Source: Candidatus Dormiibacterota bacterium (lineage in GTDB: Bacteria; Chloroflexota; Dormibacteria; CF-121). From it: a DNA stretch of 64,000 nucleotides. Each line of letters opens with the position of its first letter. Positions within the stretch are counted from its first letter, which is position 1. The stretch is from the NCBI GenBank assembly GCA_035936995.1, contig DASYVR010000024.1, positions 7,276 to 71,275 on the forward strand, written 5' to 3'. A program made the translations under genes and the position numbers. The notes beneath the pieces were generated by a model, which was given only the letters and a program-made list of their open reading frames with translations, did not search any database and was not told where the DNA came from. Positions 8,108 through 16,541 of this stretch are shown here, piece by piece.

Positions 8108-9033
8108 GCCGCCATCTCCGCCGGCCAGCCCCCAACGCGAAGGACCGACCTGTCGGTTCGTACCAACCGCGCCGCCAACCCCCGCACCTGTAGCCATGCG
8201 GGTGCGCCGTCGCCGAGGATCACGGCAGCCGTCGAGGCGATATTGGCGTCGACGCAGGTCGCCGCGGCGACCGTCACCACGCGCCATGGCGTGGTCGCCG
8301 GAAGACTCGTCGCGGGATCGATGATGTGGTGGAAGGATTGGCCACCACGCCGCCAGTGGCGGGCTGTCACTCCTGAGGTCGCAAGGCCACCGTGCTCCCA
8401 GAGGATGGTCTGGCCCGGCGCGTCCGAAGGGTCGGCATGGTGCTCGCATACCCGGACGCTCCAGCCACCAAGCGGCGCGTCTCCCACCGCGGCCAGATCT
8501 CCCCCACAACTGATCAGCACGCCGACATTGGTGGCGGCCAGGGCCGCGGCGGCAGCCCGATCGGACGCGAGGCTCTTGGCGGTGGCACCCAGGTCGAGGC
8601 GGACCGAGTGCGGGACGCGGACCGCCCCGATTTTCCGGTTGATCTGAACCTTGTGCCAGCCCGGGATGGCCTTCACCGTCAGGCGGAGCGGGGGGCCGTC
8701 CTTGGCGAGGATGTCGAAGTCCTCTGTGTAACCGGACGCCTCGAGCGCTCCGCCCACGGTTGGGTCGACCAGCCCATCCGTCATCTCGGCGGCTCGGAGC
8801 GCGACGTCGATCGCCTCGATACACAGCGGACTCACCCTCACCCACTCGCCGGCCGCGTCGTTGATGCGGCTCAGATCGGAATCCGGGCGAAACCGGCTGC
8901 ATGCCCTGTCGATATTGGACAGTTCGATCTCAGCGGCGAGGACGGCAGGCGGGAGTGCTTCACGCTCCGCCGCGGCAATGGTGACCCCCGTCCCCATGAC
9001 TCGCAGCTCCGCTCTGGCCGGGCCCGACCTCAC
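8104..9033 (-). CDS. apbE: FAD:protein FMN transferase (ApbE family)
   Basis: MGTGVTI..., LSRINDAAG, TDGLVDPTVGGAL, LDLGATAKS and HHIIDPATS are ApbE-like blocks. GTG 9033 overlaps the upstream stop as GTGA. Alternative start ATG 8997. No signal peptide seen. Confidence 0.8.
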   Translation of the reverse strand: MRSGPARAELRVMGTGVTIAAAEREALPPAVLAAEIELSNIDRACSRFRPDSDLSRINDAAGEWVRVSPLCIEAIDVALRAAEMTDGLVDPTVGGALEASGYTEDFDILAKDGPPLRLTVKAIPGWHKVQINRKIGAVRVPHSVRLDLGATAKSLASDRAAAAALAATNVGVLISCGGDLAAVGDAPLGGWSVRVCEHHADPSDAPGQTILWEHGGLATSGVTARHWRRGGQSFHHIIDPATSLPATTPWRVVTVAAATCVDANIASTAAVILGDGAPAWLQVRGLAARLVRTDRSVLRVGGWPAEMAA

Positions 9034-9461
9034 GACGTCCCGGAGGTCGCGGCCGGTGGGGGTGGAGGCGACGGCGCGGGGCGCGGTGGCGGTGCAGGTG
9101 CCGGTGCCGCGCCCGGTGCCGGTGCAGGTGCCGGTGCCGCGCCAGGTGCCGGCGCCGGGACCTGACTGCGGCCCGCCGGCGGCGCCTGGCCCTGAGTCTT
9201 CCAAATCACAACGGTGGTCGGCTTGGGCAACGCGAAATTGAGCGCCGCCAACTGCTCCGGGCTCAGCGATCCTCTCGCGGGATTGGCCCTGGCCTGCCCG
9301 GTCCCCGATGCGTGGACCGCGGGCGTTGAGGCCTGTGCCGCAGCGGACGTTCCCAGGGCGGCAGCCGCGAGCGAGGCGATGCCGCTGGCGGCGCTGAGCC
9401 AGCGCAGCTTCATGAGTGCACGGTCACGATCGCGTTCGCCGATCTGGTTTTGTGTGCCCAT
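9030..9461 (-). CDS. Exported Ala/Pro-rich low-complexity protein
   Basis: MKLRWLSAASGIASLAAAALGTSAAAQA is signal-like, and the C-terminus is APAPAPGAAP repeats. Start is ATG 9461 or ATG 9413. Confidence 0.45.
   Translation of the reverse strand: MGTQNQIGERDRDRALMKLRWLSAASGIASLAAAALGTSAAAQASTPAVHASGTGQARANPARGSLSPEQLAALNFALPKPTTVVIWKTQGQAPPAGRSQVPAPAPGAAPAPAPAPGAAPAPAPPPRPAPSPPPPPAATSGTS
9091..9150. repeat. 30-bp tandem duplication (2 copies, 1 mismatch) inside a coding region
   Basis: ggtgcaggtgccggtgccgcgcc[c/a]ggtgcc occurs twice and encodes the APAPAPGAAP repeat on the minus strand. Confidence 0.85.
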
Positions 9462-9468
9462 GATGGAC

Positions 9469-9909
9469 TCAGTCGTCTCCTCCGCCGCTGGGTGAAGGCG
9501 ACGGTGACGGATGGTGGTGGTGTTCGGTCGCGGTCGGGCTCGCCGTCGGCGCTGCCGCGGTCGGGCGTGCCATCGGCGCTGCCGCGGTCGGGCGTGCCAT
9601 CGGCGCGGCCGCGGCCGCGACCGGAGCCGGTGGCATATACCGCGGCGCTGTGTACCGCACAACGACCCGAGGGTTGGGCGCGCGCGGTGGCGCAAAGAGG
9701 TCGCCAGGCAACTGCACTCGAGCGGACGCGCCGGGCACCCCCGTAGGCGTCAACGGATGATCCTCGTACAAGCCGGCGAACAATGCCGCGACCGCCCCCA
9801 GCGCCATCGTCCCGATGGCGATGCCGACGGCTCGTTTGAAGCGGCGGCCTCCCGACTTAGCCGGTCCTTCGACCCCACGCGAGTTGACAGCGATGGGTGC
9901 TGTTAGCAC
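9469..9909 (-). CDS. Membrane-anchored Pro-rich protein with a His/Ser/Pro tail
   Basis: GTG 9909 is preceded by GGAGG with a 6-nt spacer. Single TM helix AVGIAIGTMALGAVAALFAGL, AAPMARPTA repeat, and ...EHHHHPSPSPSPSGGGDD end. Confidence 0.5.
   Translation of the reverse strand: MLTAPIAVNSRGVEGPAKSGGRRFKRAVGIAIGTMALGAVAALFAGLYEDHPLTPTGVPGASARVQLPGDLFAPPRAPNPRVVVRYTAPRYMPPAPVAAAAAPMARPTAAAPMARPTAAAPTASPTATEHHHHPSPSPSPSGGGDD
9551..9604. repeat. Perfect 27-bp tandem duplication inside a coding region
   Basis: gctgccgcggtcgggcgtgccatcggc occurs twice and encodes AAPMARPTA x2 on the minus strand. Confidence 0.85.
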
Positions 9910-10172
9910 GAGACACCTCCTCGTCGCAGTCGCCCCCCTCCAGGTGGTCGACCACCTCCGGTTTACAACAGGCGTGTTGCGCACCCCGACATCGTTTGGC
10001 CACTGAGGTGTAACGGGTCATCATCGGTCGCTGTCCGCAATGCGAGCGCGATCTTTCGCGACGTGGATGAGACGCGGCGGAGAAGTGGCATCACAACCGT
10101 TCGCAGGATTGGCACACGCAGCTGTCCCGAAGAATCGGCTGGACGCGTTGTGCTTGTGAAGAGCGTGGGCAG

Positions 10173-10227
10173 GATCAGCGAGCTCTTCAGCAGATGGCAT
10201 TTGCAGATCAGCGAGCTCTTCAGCAGA
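10173..10227. repeat. 22-bp direct repeat gatcagcgagctcttcagcaga x2 with 33-bp period
   Basis: Copies at 10173-10194 and 10206-10227, in the lower-GC divergent region. They straddle the nominal ATG (10194) of the membrane-protein gene. Confidence 0.7.
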
Positions 10228-11402
10228 CACAAGTTCCGGCGCAGCGCCATGCGTGGAGCGGCCTCGCCCAGTGGACCGGCGTGGGTGCGTGGACGGCGCT
10301 CTGGGCCTGGGCGCAGGCCAACCCATCGGGGCTGTCCTGGCATTTCTTCGCCGCCGGCAGCCAGCTGCTGTTCCACGGACCCGGGCTCAATCTCTACGCC
10401 GAGCATCCCGAGCTGCAGATCGGCCCGCTGGCGTTCCTGGTTGCGGCACCGTTGACACTCCTTGGGGATGCCGCGCAACCGGTCGCCCTGATGCTCATGA
10501 CCGTCGCCGGCCCTCTCTGCCTAGCCTGGATCGCTCCGCTCGTCCCGCCACCCCATCGTCGGCTCCGGGTGTTCCTCGCGGCCGCGGCGGTGATGCCCGC
10601 CTGGGCGGTGCTTTCCGTGCGCTTCGGACATCTCGACGACGTTGTCGCCCTCGTGCTGGCGGTCGCTGCGCTACGGGCCGTCGCGGCGAATCGGTCGGCA
10701 TTCGCCGGATTGGCGCTGGGCGGTGCGGTCGCCGCCAAGCCGTGGGCGCTGGGATTTATCCCCCTACTTCTCGTCCTAGACCAGCAGCGAATCGCGGCCC
10801 TTGCCAGGGCGCTTGCCGTCGTGATTGCGGCCTGGGCCCCATTCATGATCGCGAACCCCGCCACGCTGGCCGCGCTGCGCCCGCCGGTCGGCGTGGCCCC
10901 CTCCTCCGGCCTGCACGCTCTGGGGTACCGGGGCGACGTCGTTCCCGCCTGGGACCGCGTCGCACAATTCGTCCTCGAGCCCCTCGCCGCGCTCGCACCC
11001 GTGCTCCGCGGACGGTGGCCTGGGGTCCTCCTGGTGGCGGTCGCCGTCCGCCTGGCGATGGACCCGAAGGACAACCCCTACTACATCGGCGGGGCGGCAT
11101 TGGCCGCGGTCATCTTCGACCTTGTTGCGACTCGCTGGACCATCCCGTGGGCGACGCTCGCGACCGTCCTGGTCTTGTGGCAGCCCTGGGCCGTCGGCTA
11201 TGAGCACCGTCTCGCGACCAGTACCGGCCTCTCGCTCTGGTGGTTCCAGAATCCTGGCATCATCGGCATCATCCACCTCGCCTGGTCCGTGGCGATGATC
11301 GCGCTGGTCCTGCTCACTCCACGACGACACTTATGGCAATCTGGTCCAGATAAAGTTGCCGAAAAAGGCTCAAACGCGCCGCAAGCCTTCGCGTCCTCCT
11401 AA
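10194..11402 (+). CDS. Polytopic membrane protein, GT-C type (DUF2029/GT87-like glycosyltransferase)
   Basis: 402 aa with about 9-10 hydrophobic segments. GGAVAAKPWALGFIPLLL resembles polyprenyl-phosphate-sugar dependent mannosyltransferases. Start uncertain. Confidence 0.55.
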   Translation: MAFADQRALQQTQVPAQRHAWSGLAQWTGVGAWTALWAWAQANPSGLSWHFFAAGSQLLFHGPGLNLYAEHPELQIGPLAFLVAAPLTLLGDAAQPVALMLMTVAGPLCLAWIAPLVPPPHRRLRVFLAAAAVMPAWAVLSVRFGHLDDVVALVLAVAALRAVAANRSAFAGLALGGAVAAKPWALGFIPLLLVLDQQRIAALARALAVVIAAWAPFMIANPATLAALRPPVGVAPSSGLHALGYRGDVVPAWDRVAQFVLEPLAALAPVLRGRWPGVLLVAVAVRLAMDPKDNPYYIGGAALAAVIFDLVATRWTIPWATLATVLVLWQPWAVGYEHRLATSTGLSLWWFQNPGIIGIIHLAWSVAMIALVLLTPRRHLWQSGPDKVAEKGSNAPQAFASS

Positions 11403-11667
11403 GCGCGGAAGGCGTTGGACTTCCTTTGTGGCCGACGATTCCTTCCCGGGCAGGGTCGCCCGCGGGCTTTACGAGGAGGCGAACCCCTCCCACCGCCTGC
11501 GCGTCGAGCACGATTCATACACGCTGCTCATCCATTTGAGCGACGAGGATGGGAGGGGCTGGACCACGATCGCCGTTGATCGAGCCACGCGTTCGTACGC
11601 GGTGATTCATGGAAGCAAGCAATCAGACACGGCCCGTGACGCATACGACTCTCTATACGGGCCTTGA
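11356..11667 (+). CDS. Small hypothetical protein
   Basis: The C-terminal two thirds (YTLLIHLSDEDGRGWTTIAVDRATRSYAVIHGSKQSDTARDAY) look globular. The start may be GTG 11428, which avoids overlap with the previous gene. Confidence 0.35.
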   Translation: MPKKAQTRRKPSRPPKRGRRWTSFVADDSFPGRVARGLYEEANPSHRLRVEHDSYTLLIHLSDEDGRGWTTIAVDRATRSYAVIHGSKQSDTARDAYDSLYGP

Positions 11668-11690
11668 TAATCGTCGCCGAGGCGATGGCC

Positions 11691-12185
11691 TCAGGCTGGC
11701 TCGAGGAGCCGGCCAAGTTTGCCGAGCTCCTGCTCCCAGCCCATGACCGCCATCTTCGTCCACTGCTCGTCGTGCATCGCATCGAGGGTCAGGACCATCC
11801 GAACGCCCTGCGGAGTCGGCTCGAACTCAACCGTGGTCGCCACGTCGTAAGGCTTGACATTCGGAATGAAGTTGGCGAGCTGGGTGAAGGCGAGCCGCTT
11901 CAGGGGCACGACCTCGGTGTAGGTGGCGTGAGTTTCGGTCGTGAGCGGCATCCCCGCCTTTTTCAGGAACTCGATCTGGTCGGGCGCGGTCGCGGTCATC
12001 GCGTACAGCAGCTCGCCACCCTGGCGGAAGTCGAGTTTGTGGACTTCCACCGCAAACCCTTCGGGCCCCCACCACGACTCAATGCCTTCTTTAGTCGTCC
12101 AGAGCTCCCAAGCCTCCTGGACGGCGGCGTTGAATGTGCGCTCAATGCTGACACTCCGGCGCGCCGGCTGGGTCTGCGGAGCCAA
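11691..12185 (-). CDS. SRPBCC superfamily protein (AHSA1/START-like)
   Basis: SIERTFNAAVQEAWELWTTKEGIESWWGPEGF matches the AHSA1-like family. TTG start. Confidence 0.8.
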   Translation of the reverse strand: MAPQTQPARRSVSIERTFNAAVQEAWELWTTKEGIESWWGPEGFAVEVHKLDFRQGGELLYAMTATAPDQIEFLKKAGMPLTTETHATYTEVVPLKRLAFTQLANFIPNVKPYDVATTVEFEPTPQGVRMVLTLDAMHDEQWTKMAVMGWEQELGKLGRLLEPA

Positions 12186-12186
12186 G

Positions 12187-12711
12187 CTAGGAGCCGCTCC
12201 GATACGCCTGCTCCAGGCTGGCGATGTCGAGCTTGCGCATCTTGAGCAGCGCTTCCATCATTTTTCCCGGGTTCCCGGATGCGGGGTCTGACATCATCCG
12301 TCCCAGGGCCGCCGGGACGACCTGCCAGGAGACGCCAAATCGATCTTTCAGCCAGCCACACGGTCCTTCTTCTCCGCCATCCGAGAGCCGCGACCATGTC
12401 TCATCGAGCTCGTCCTGCGTCTCGCAGGTCGCGACAAATGAGAAGGCTTCGGTAAACGAAAAGGACGGTCCGCCGTCGAAGGCTGTGTATTCCTGTCCGT
12501 CGAGCAGGAAGCTGGCGTGCAAGACGCTGCCTTCCGGGAGAGGACCGTTCCCCTCACTGCGCAGCAGGCTGACGACTCTTGAATTCGGAAACAGCGAGAC
12601 GTAGAAATTCACTGCCTCTTCGGCGCGGTCCTTGAACGTCAAACACGGTCTGACACTGTGCACCTGGATCTTGCCGGCCACCGCCGTCGTCTGCGTACTC
12701 ACTTGCGTCAC
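12187..12711 (-). CDS. VOC/PhnB-like protein (3-demethylubiquinone-9 3-methyltransferase domain family)
   Basis: PCLTFKDRAEEAVNFYVSLFPNSRV...ASFLLDGQEYTAFDGGP...DRFGVSWQVVP. GTG 12711 overlaps the ArsR stop as GTGA. Confidence 0.8.
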   Translation of the reverse strand: MTQVSTQTTAVAGKIQVHSVRPCLTFKDRAEEAVNFYVSLFPNSRVVSLLRSEGNGPLPEGSVLHASFLLDGQEYTAFDGGPSFSFTEAFSFVATCETQDELDETWSRLSDGGEEGPCGWLKDRFGVSWQVVPAALGRMMSDPASGNPGKMMEALLKMRKLDIASLEQAYRSGS

Positions 12712-13046
12712 TTTTTTTCCTCCCTGTTTTTCGTCCGGGTCCTGCCCCGTCGGTCGAGTTCGGCGGCAAACCTGTCGAGGCGGGCCTCCCACATCCCGCG
12801 GTAGCCCATCATCCAGTCGTCCAACTCGCGAAACGGCTCCGGGCGCAATGCGTAGAGTCTCCGCCGGCCCTCAGGGCGGACGACCACAAACCGGGCATCC
12901 TGCAGGATGGCAAGCTGCCGGGAGACCCCGGGCTGACCAATGTCGACCACGTCGACCAGTTCGCTAACCGAGCGCTCGCCGGCCCGAAGCGCGTCGACGA
13001 GGCGGCGGCGGGTTGGGTCCGCGAGGATCTGAAACACGTCGGCCAT
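12708..13046 (-). CDS. ArsR/SmtB family transcriptional regulator
   Basis: [50 protein letters not shown] is an ArsR-type winged HTH. Confidence 0.85.
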   Translation of the reverse strand: MADVFQILADPTRRRLVDALRAGERSVSELVDVVDIGQPGVSRQLAILQDARFVVVRPEGRRRLYALRPEPFRELDDWMMGYRGMWEARLDRFAAELDRRGRTRTKNREEKK

Positions 13047-13049
13047 GCC

Positions 13050-13093
13050 GACATATTACTCTCGCGACATATGTCTTGTCAACAATATATGTC
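13050..13093. promoter_or_regulatory. Candidate ArsR operator: GACATAT - N9 - GACATATGTC - N11 - ATATGTC
   Basis: A central 10-bp perfect palindrome (13066-13075) is flanked by matching half-sites (13050-13056, 13087-13093), directly upstream of the ArsR ATG (13046) in an AT-rich patch. Confidence 0.5.
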
Positions 13094-13126
13094 TGCCCCG
13101 CGTCCCTCGGAAGAGGACGTGCTGAC

Positions 13127-14284
13127 TTAGCGCCGACGCGCGACGCCAACTCTGAGGAACGATGCGAGTTCGTCCAGGGCTCGCTTGGTCGCGCGAACCG
13201 GCCGGGCGCCCTCCCACCCCGGCTCCCATCGCTCGCCGATCAGGTTGAGGACTCCGGCGTTCCGGTCGACGGCGAGGTCGAACCTGGCGATGATCCGGTC
13301 GCCGTGCAGCAACGGCATCACGAAGTAACCCCAGCGCTTGGTCTTGGGCACGTAGATCTCGAGCCTGAAGTCGAAACCCCAGAGAGCCAGCGTCCGGTTG
13401 CGATCGCAGATCAGATTGTCGAATGGCGACAGCAGGGTTGTCCGTGGCTCGAACGCTCCGGCCTCGATCTGCTCCAGCAACTCGACGTCTTCTGCATGCA
13501 CGTACCAATCGCCTTTGGGTCCGAGCTCCACTGGAACAATCAGTCCATCCGCTTCGAGGTGCTTCCACGCCCTCGCGAGCCCCTGGTAGCGGTCTCGGAT
13601 GAAATGGTTCTTTACCTGCTGCTGCGTGGCGATGCCCAGCGCACGCAACGAGCGGACCGCGGCCTCGCGAAGAGCGAGCGGATGCTCTGGAATCTGACCG
13701 AGAGGCGTTCCGAACCAGGCGTCCGCCAGCGCCCAACGTCGCCCACTCCCGACACGGCCGGCCGGTACGATCCAGCCCTGGAGCCAGAGGAGCGCGAGCG
13801 CATCGGCAATCGGACTGCGCTCTCCCCAGCCGGATTCGTATTTCTCCGCATGTTCCTCAAAGTCCGCGGCGCGTACCGAGCCGTTGGCGGCGAGACGCTC
13901 GAGAACGAGTTTGCTGAACCGGGCCCGCGTTGTCATCCAGGACTCCGTTCGTCTTGGCTCGCCCCACGGCGGCGGCAGCGCGGCATGCAACGGCCGGTCC
14001 TCGGTCGGGACGATCGAGGCCTGGTGGGCCCAGTACTCGTAAAGACGGCGCTCGTCCCAAAGCAGGGTGTCGACAAGCTTCGGGTCGAAAGGACCGAGGC
14101 GGCTGAACAGGACCAGCAGATGGTTGCGGGCCACGACGGCGGTCGGGTCGAGTTGCAGACAGCCGATCGCACGCACCAGCTCGTGGATGTCGTCAGTCGC
14201 AACCGGTTTCGGGCGTGATCCGCTCAGCCGCTGGCGGGCCACCGCGAGCCGCCTGGCGTGCTCCATCCGGACTTTTCGACGCAT
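13127..14284 (-). CDS. Winged-helix DNA glycosylase-like protein (YcaQ/AlkZ, DUF1006 family)
   Basis: YEYWAHQASIVP, GWGE, FDNLICDRNRTLALWGFDFRLEIYVPKTKRWGYFVMPLLHGDRIIARFD. Start is ATG 14284 or ATG 14266. Confidence 0.75.
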   Translation of the reverse strand: MRRKVRMEHARRLAVARQRLSGSRPKPVATDDIHELVRAIGCLQLDPTAVVARNHLLVLFSRLGPFDPKLVDTLLWDERRLYEYWAHQASIVPTEDRPLHAALPPPWGEPRRTESWMTTRARFSKLVLERLAANGSVRAADFEEHAEKYESGWGERSPIADALALLWLQGWIVPAGRVGSGRRWALADAWFGTPLGQIPEHPLALREAAVRSLRALGIATQQQVKNHFIRDRYQGLARAWKHLEADGLIVPVELGPKGDWYVHAEDVELLEQIEAGAFEPRTTLLSPFDNLICDRNRTLALWGFDFRLEIYVPKTKRWGYFVMPLLHGDRIIARFDLAVDRNAGVLNLIGERWEPGWEGARPVRATKRALDELASFLRVGVARRR

Positions 14285-14384
14285 TCGAGAACTATGGCGG
14301 AGCCGGTCGCCTCCCGGCAATAAGTGCCGGATATGGCGTTTACCTTTTGGCTCGCGAATCGGCTGGATGCACGCGACCACCCCC

Positions 14385-14909
14385 TCAGCCGATCCACTCC
14401 TGCCACTGCTTGGGGAGGGCCTTCCCCATCGCCCGCAAGTACACGCTGACCTTGGTGGAGAAGATCAGCAGAGCCTCCCTGTAGATGTCCAGCTGGACCC
14501 GGACCAGCGGCTTGAAATCCGGGAAATCGCGACGGTCGATCGTGCGGTTCGCGATGTCGTCCTCGGAGAGGCTTTCGATCGCCGCCCTCAACTCGCTGTC
14601 GAGCTCCGCGTACCAGGATGCCAACGCCGCGACGCTTCTCTCGAGGCACGGATCGACGTTGCGATATCCGAAGTCCTGCCTGAAGGTCTTGAACGACTCG
14701 ATGTAGGAGCGTTCTATCTCGCCGATCTCACGACAGAGCGCACCGAGGCTCGGATTCGCGCCGTCGACCCGGTAACCAAGATCATCGTCCGAGAGGATCT
14801 CCATGAGCTGGGCACGGAGCGCCTGATAATCGGTGAAGAACGGTGCCAAAGATTGGGCCAGTCCGGTATGGGTTGTAACGGGGAAGATCTCTCGGACAAT
14901 GGAGTTCAT
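14385..14909 (-). CDS. DinB-superfamily protein
   Basis: Predicted helical-bundle protein of DinB size, starting at MNSIVREIF. The assignment rests on overall pattern only. Confidence 0.5.
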   Translation of the reverse strand: MNSIVREIFPVTTHTGLAQSLAPFFTDYQALRAQLMEILSDDDLGYRVDGANPSLGALCREIGEIERSYIESFKTFRQDFGYRNVDPCLERSVAALASWYAELDSELRAAIESLSEDDIANRTIDRRDFPDFKPLVRVQLDIYREALLIFSTKVSVYLRAMGKALPKQWQEWIG

Positions 14910-14955
14910 GGTTGCCGCCTCCCGGATCGGTCCTTCGGCCCGATGCACAGCCTCA

Positions 14956-16263
14956 TCAAGCTAGGGTAAGAGTCTGACGGCTCCGCTGTAGGAAGTCGCG
15001 CTCGGTGGCGTTCTCGGTGCGGGCGATCGCCGCCTCGTATGCGAGCGCCGCCTCGGCGTTGCGGCCCAGGCGTCGGAGCAGGTCGGCGCGGATGGCGTGG
15101 AACATGTGGTAGCTACCGAGGTCGAGGCCGTCGACGAGGGTGAGCGCCGCATCCGGTCCCTCGACCTCGGCCACCGCGACCGCGCGGTTGAGGGCCACGA
15201 CCGGGCTCGGGGCGAGCGAGAGGAGCTGGTTGTAGAGCTGCAGGATCTGCCACCAGTCCGTAGCGGACGCGGCCGGCGCGTCGCTGTGGACGGCGTTGAT
15301 CGCCGCCTGGATCTGGTACGGGCCGGGCTGGTTGCGCTCGAGGCATTGCCGGACGATGGCCTGGCCTTCGGCGATGAGGCCGCCATCCCAGAGGCCGCGG
15401 TCCTGGTCGGCCAGCAGCACGAGGTCGCCGTCGGCTGTCGTGCGGGCGGCCCGACGCGACTCGACGAGCAACATCAGGGCGAGCAGCCCCATGACCTCCG
15501 GCTCGTCGGGCATGAGCTCGGCAAGCAGCCGTACGAGGCGGATGGCCTCGCCGCAGAGCTCCTCGCGCCGAAGCCGGTCGCCCGAGCTCGCGGTGTAGCC
15601 CTCGTTGAAGATGAGGTAGACGACGGCCAGCACCGCCCGAAGGCGGCCTGGGAGGTCGGTCTCGTTCGGGACCCAGTACGGGATCCTCGCGTCGCGGATC
15701 TTGCCTTTGGCCCGGACCAGTCGCTGGGCCATGGTCGGCTCGGGTACGAGGAAGGCGCGTGCGATCTCCGCGGTGGTCAGCCCTCCCAGCAGCCGGAGCG
15801 TCAGCGCGACCTGGACGCCGGGCGCGAGCGCGGGGTGACAGCAGGTGAACATCAGACGCAGCTGGTCGTCTCGCACAGGGCCCTCCTCGGCCGGTTGGTC
15901 GCCCGCGTGCATCAGAGCAGCCTGTGCATGCCGGTCCTCGCGGGACGCCTCCCGCCGGAGGCGATCGAGCGCCTTATTGCGGGCGGTGGTGATGATCCAC
16001 CCGGCCGGGCTTGGAGGCAGCCCGGTCGATGGCCACCGTTGCACCGCCGCCGTGAAGGCGTCCTGGACCGCCTCTTCGGCAACGTCGATGTCACCGAAGA
16101 CCCGGACCAGGACGGCCACCGCGCGTCCGTACTCTTCGCGGAAGACACGTTCAATCTCCGAGGCCGCGAGGGCCGTTCCGCCCGGTATCAGTCCTCGGCC
16201 TCGTCCTGAAACGGCCGTACCTCGATTGGGAGGGGGACCGCCTGGGCAAGTTTGCGACCCCAC
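14956..16263 (-). CDS. ECF sigma factor with a long C-terminal TPR-like extension (ECF42-type)
   Basis: [34 protein letters not shown] is region 2 and [28 protein letters not shown] is region 4, followed by about a 200 aa helical extension. Start ambiguous: GTG 16263 or CTG 16191 (see findings). Confidence 0.8.
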   Translation of the reverse strand: MGSQTCPGGPPPNRGTAVSGRGRGLIPGGTALAASEIERVFREEYGRAVAVLVRVFGDIDVAEEAVQDAFTAAVQRWPSTGLPPSPAGWIITTARNKALDRLRREASREDRHAQAALMHAGDQPAEEGPVRDDQLRLMFTCCHPALAPGVQVALTLRLLGGLTTAEIARAFLVPEPTMAQRLVRAKGKIRDARIPYWVPNETDLPGRLRAVLAVVYLIFNEGYTASSGDRLRREELCGEAIRLVRLLAELMPDEPEVMGLLALMLLVESRRAARTTADGDLVLLADQDRGLWDGGLIAEGQAIVRQCLERNQPGPYQIQAAINAVHSDAPAASATDWWQILQLYNQLLSLAPSPVVALNRAVAVAEVEGPDAALTLVDGLDLGSYHMFHAIRADLLRRLGRNAEAALAYEAAIARTENATERDFLQRSRQTLTLA

Positions 16264-16541
16264 TCGAGCGCCGCGTCGAGATCGGGCACTTTGATGATGG
16301 CGAGTCCGCCGATGTGCTCCTTCCCCTCGGCGTACGGGCCGTCCGTCGTCAGCATTTCGCCGGCTTCGAGCCGTACCACGGTGGCCGTACTCGCGGGGTG
16401 CAGGCCCCCATTGAAGACCCATACGCCGGCGGCCTTCATCTCGCGAATCACGGCGTCGGCGTCCCGCGTCACCTTCTCCAGGTCTAAGGACGGCGGGGGA
16501 GGTCCGTCGGGCTGATTGATACTGAGCACGTACTGCTTCAT
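16188..16541 (-). CDS. YciI/DGPF family protein
   Basis: [13 protein letters not shown]...[13 protein letters not shown]...[31 protein letters not shown] 16541 overlaps the upstream stop as ATGA. Confidence 0.85.
   Translation of the reverse strand: MKQYVLSINQPDGPPPPSLDLEKVTRDADAVIREMKAAGVWVFNGGLHPASTATVVRLEAGEMLTTDGPYAEGKEHIGGLAIIKVPDLDAALEWGRKLAQAVPLPIEVRPFQDEAED

Noticed and set aside
7070-8902. 610 aa ORF taken as one gene
   Set aside because: The N-terminal ~265 residues are Arg/Gly-rich and lie out of frame over the ApbE gene. The recognisable ferric-reductase-like protein begins at ATG 8107, overlapping the ApbE stop. Similar composite ORFs were trimmed at 4362..5627, 5730..7205, 16188..17408, 20860..22014, 36283..37128, 37645..39066, 42697..43929 and 44893..46575.
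9030-9461. FMN_bind-type flavinylation substrate expected next to ApbE
   Set aside because: I searched the product and its neighbours by eye for D-x-x-[ST]-G-A-[ST] type motifs and FMN_bind features and found none. The protein is annotated only as an exported low-complexity protein.
9091-9604. Possible CRISPR-like or minisatellite array
   Set aside because: There are only two adjacent copies each, with no spacers. Both are in frame within coding sequence and encode Ala/Pro repeats.
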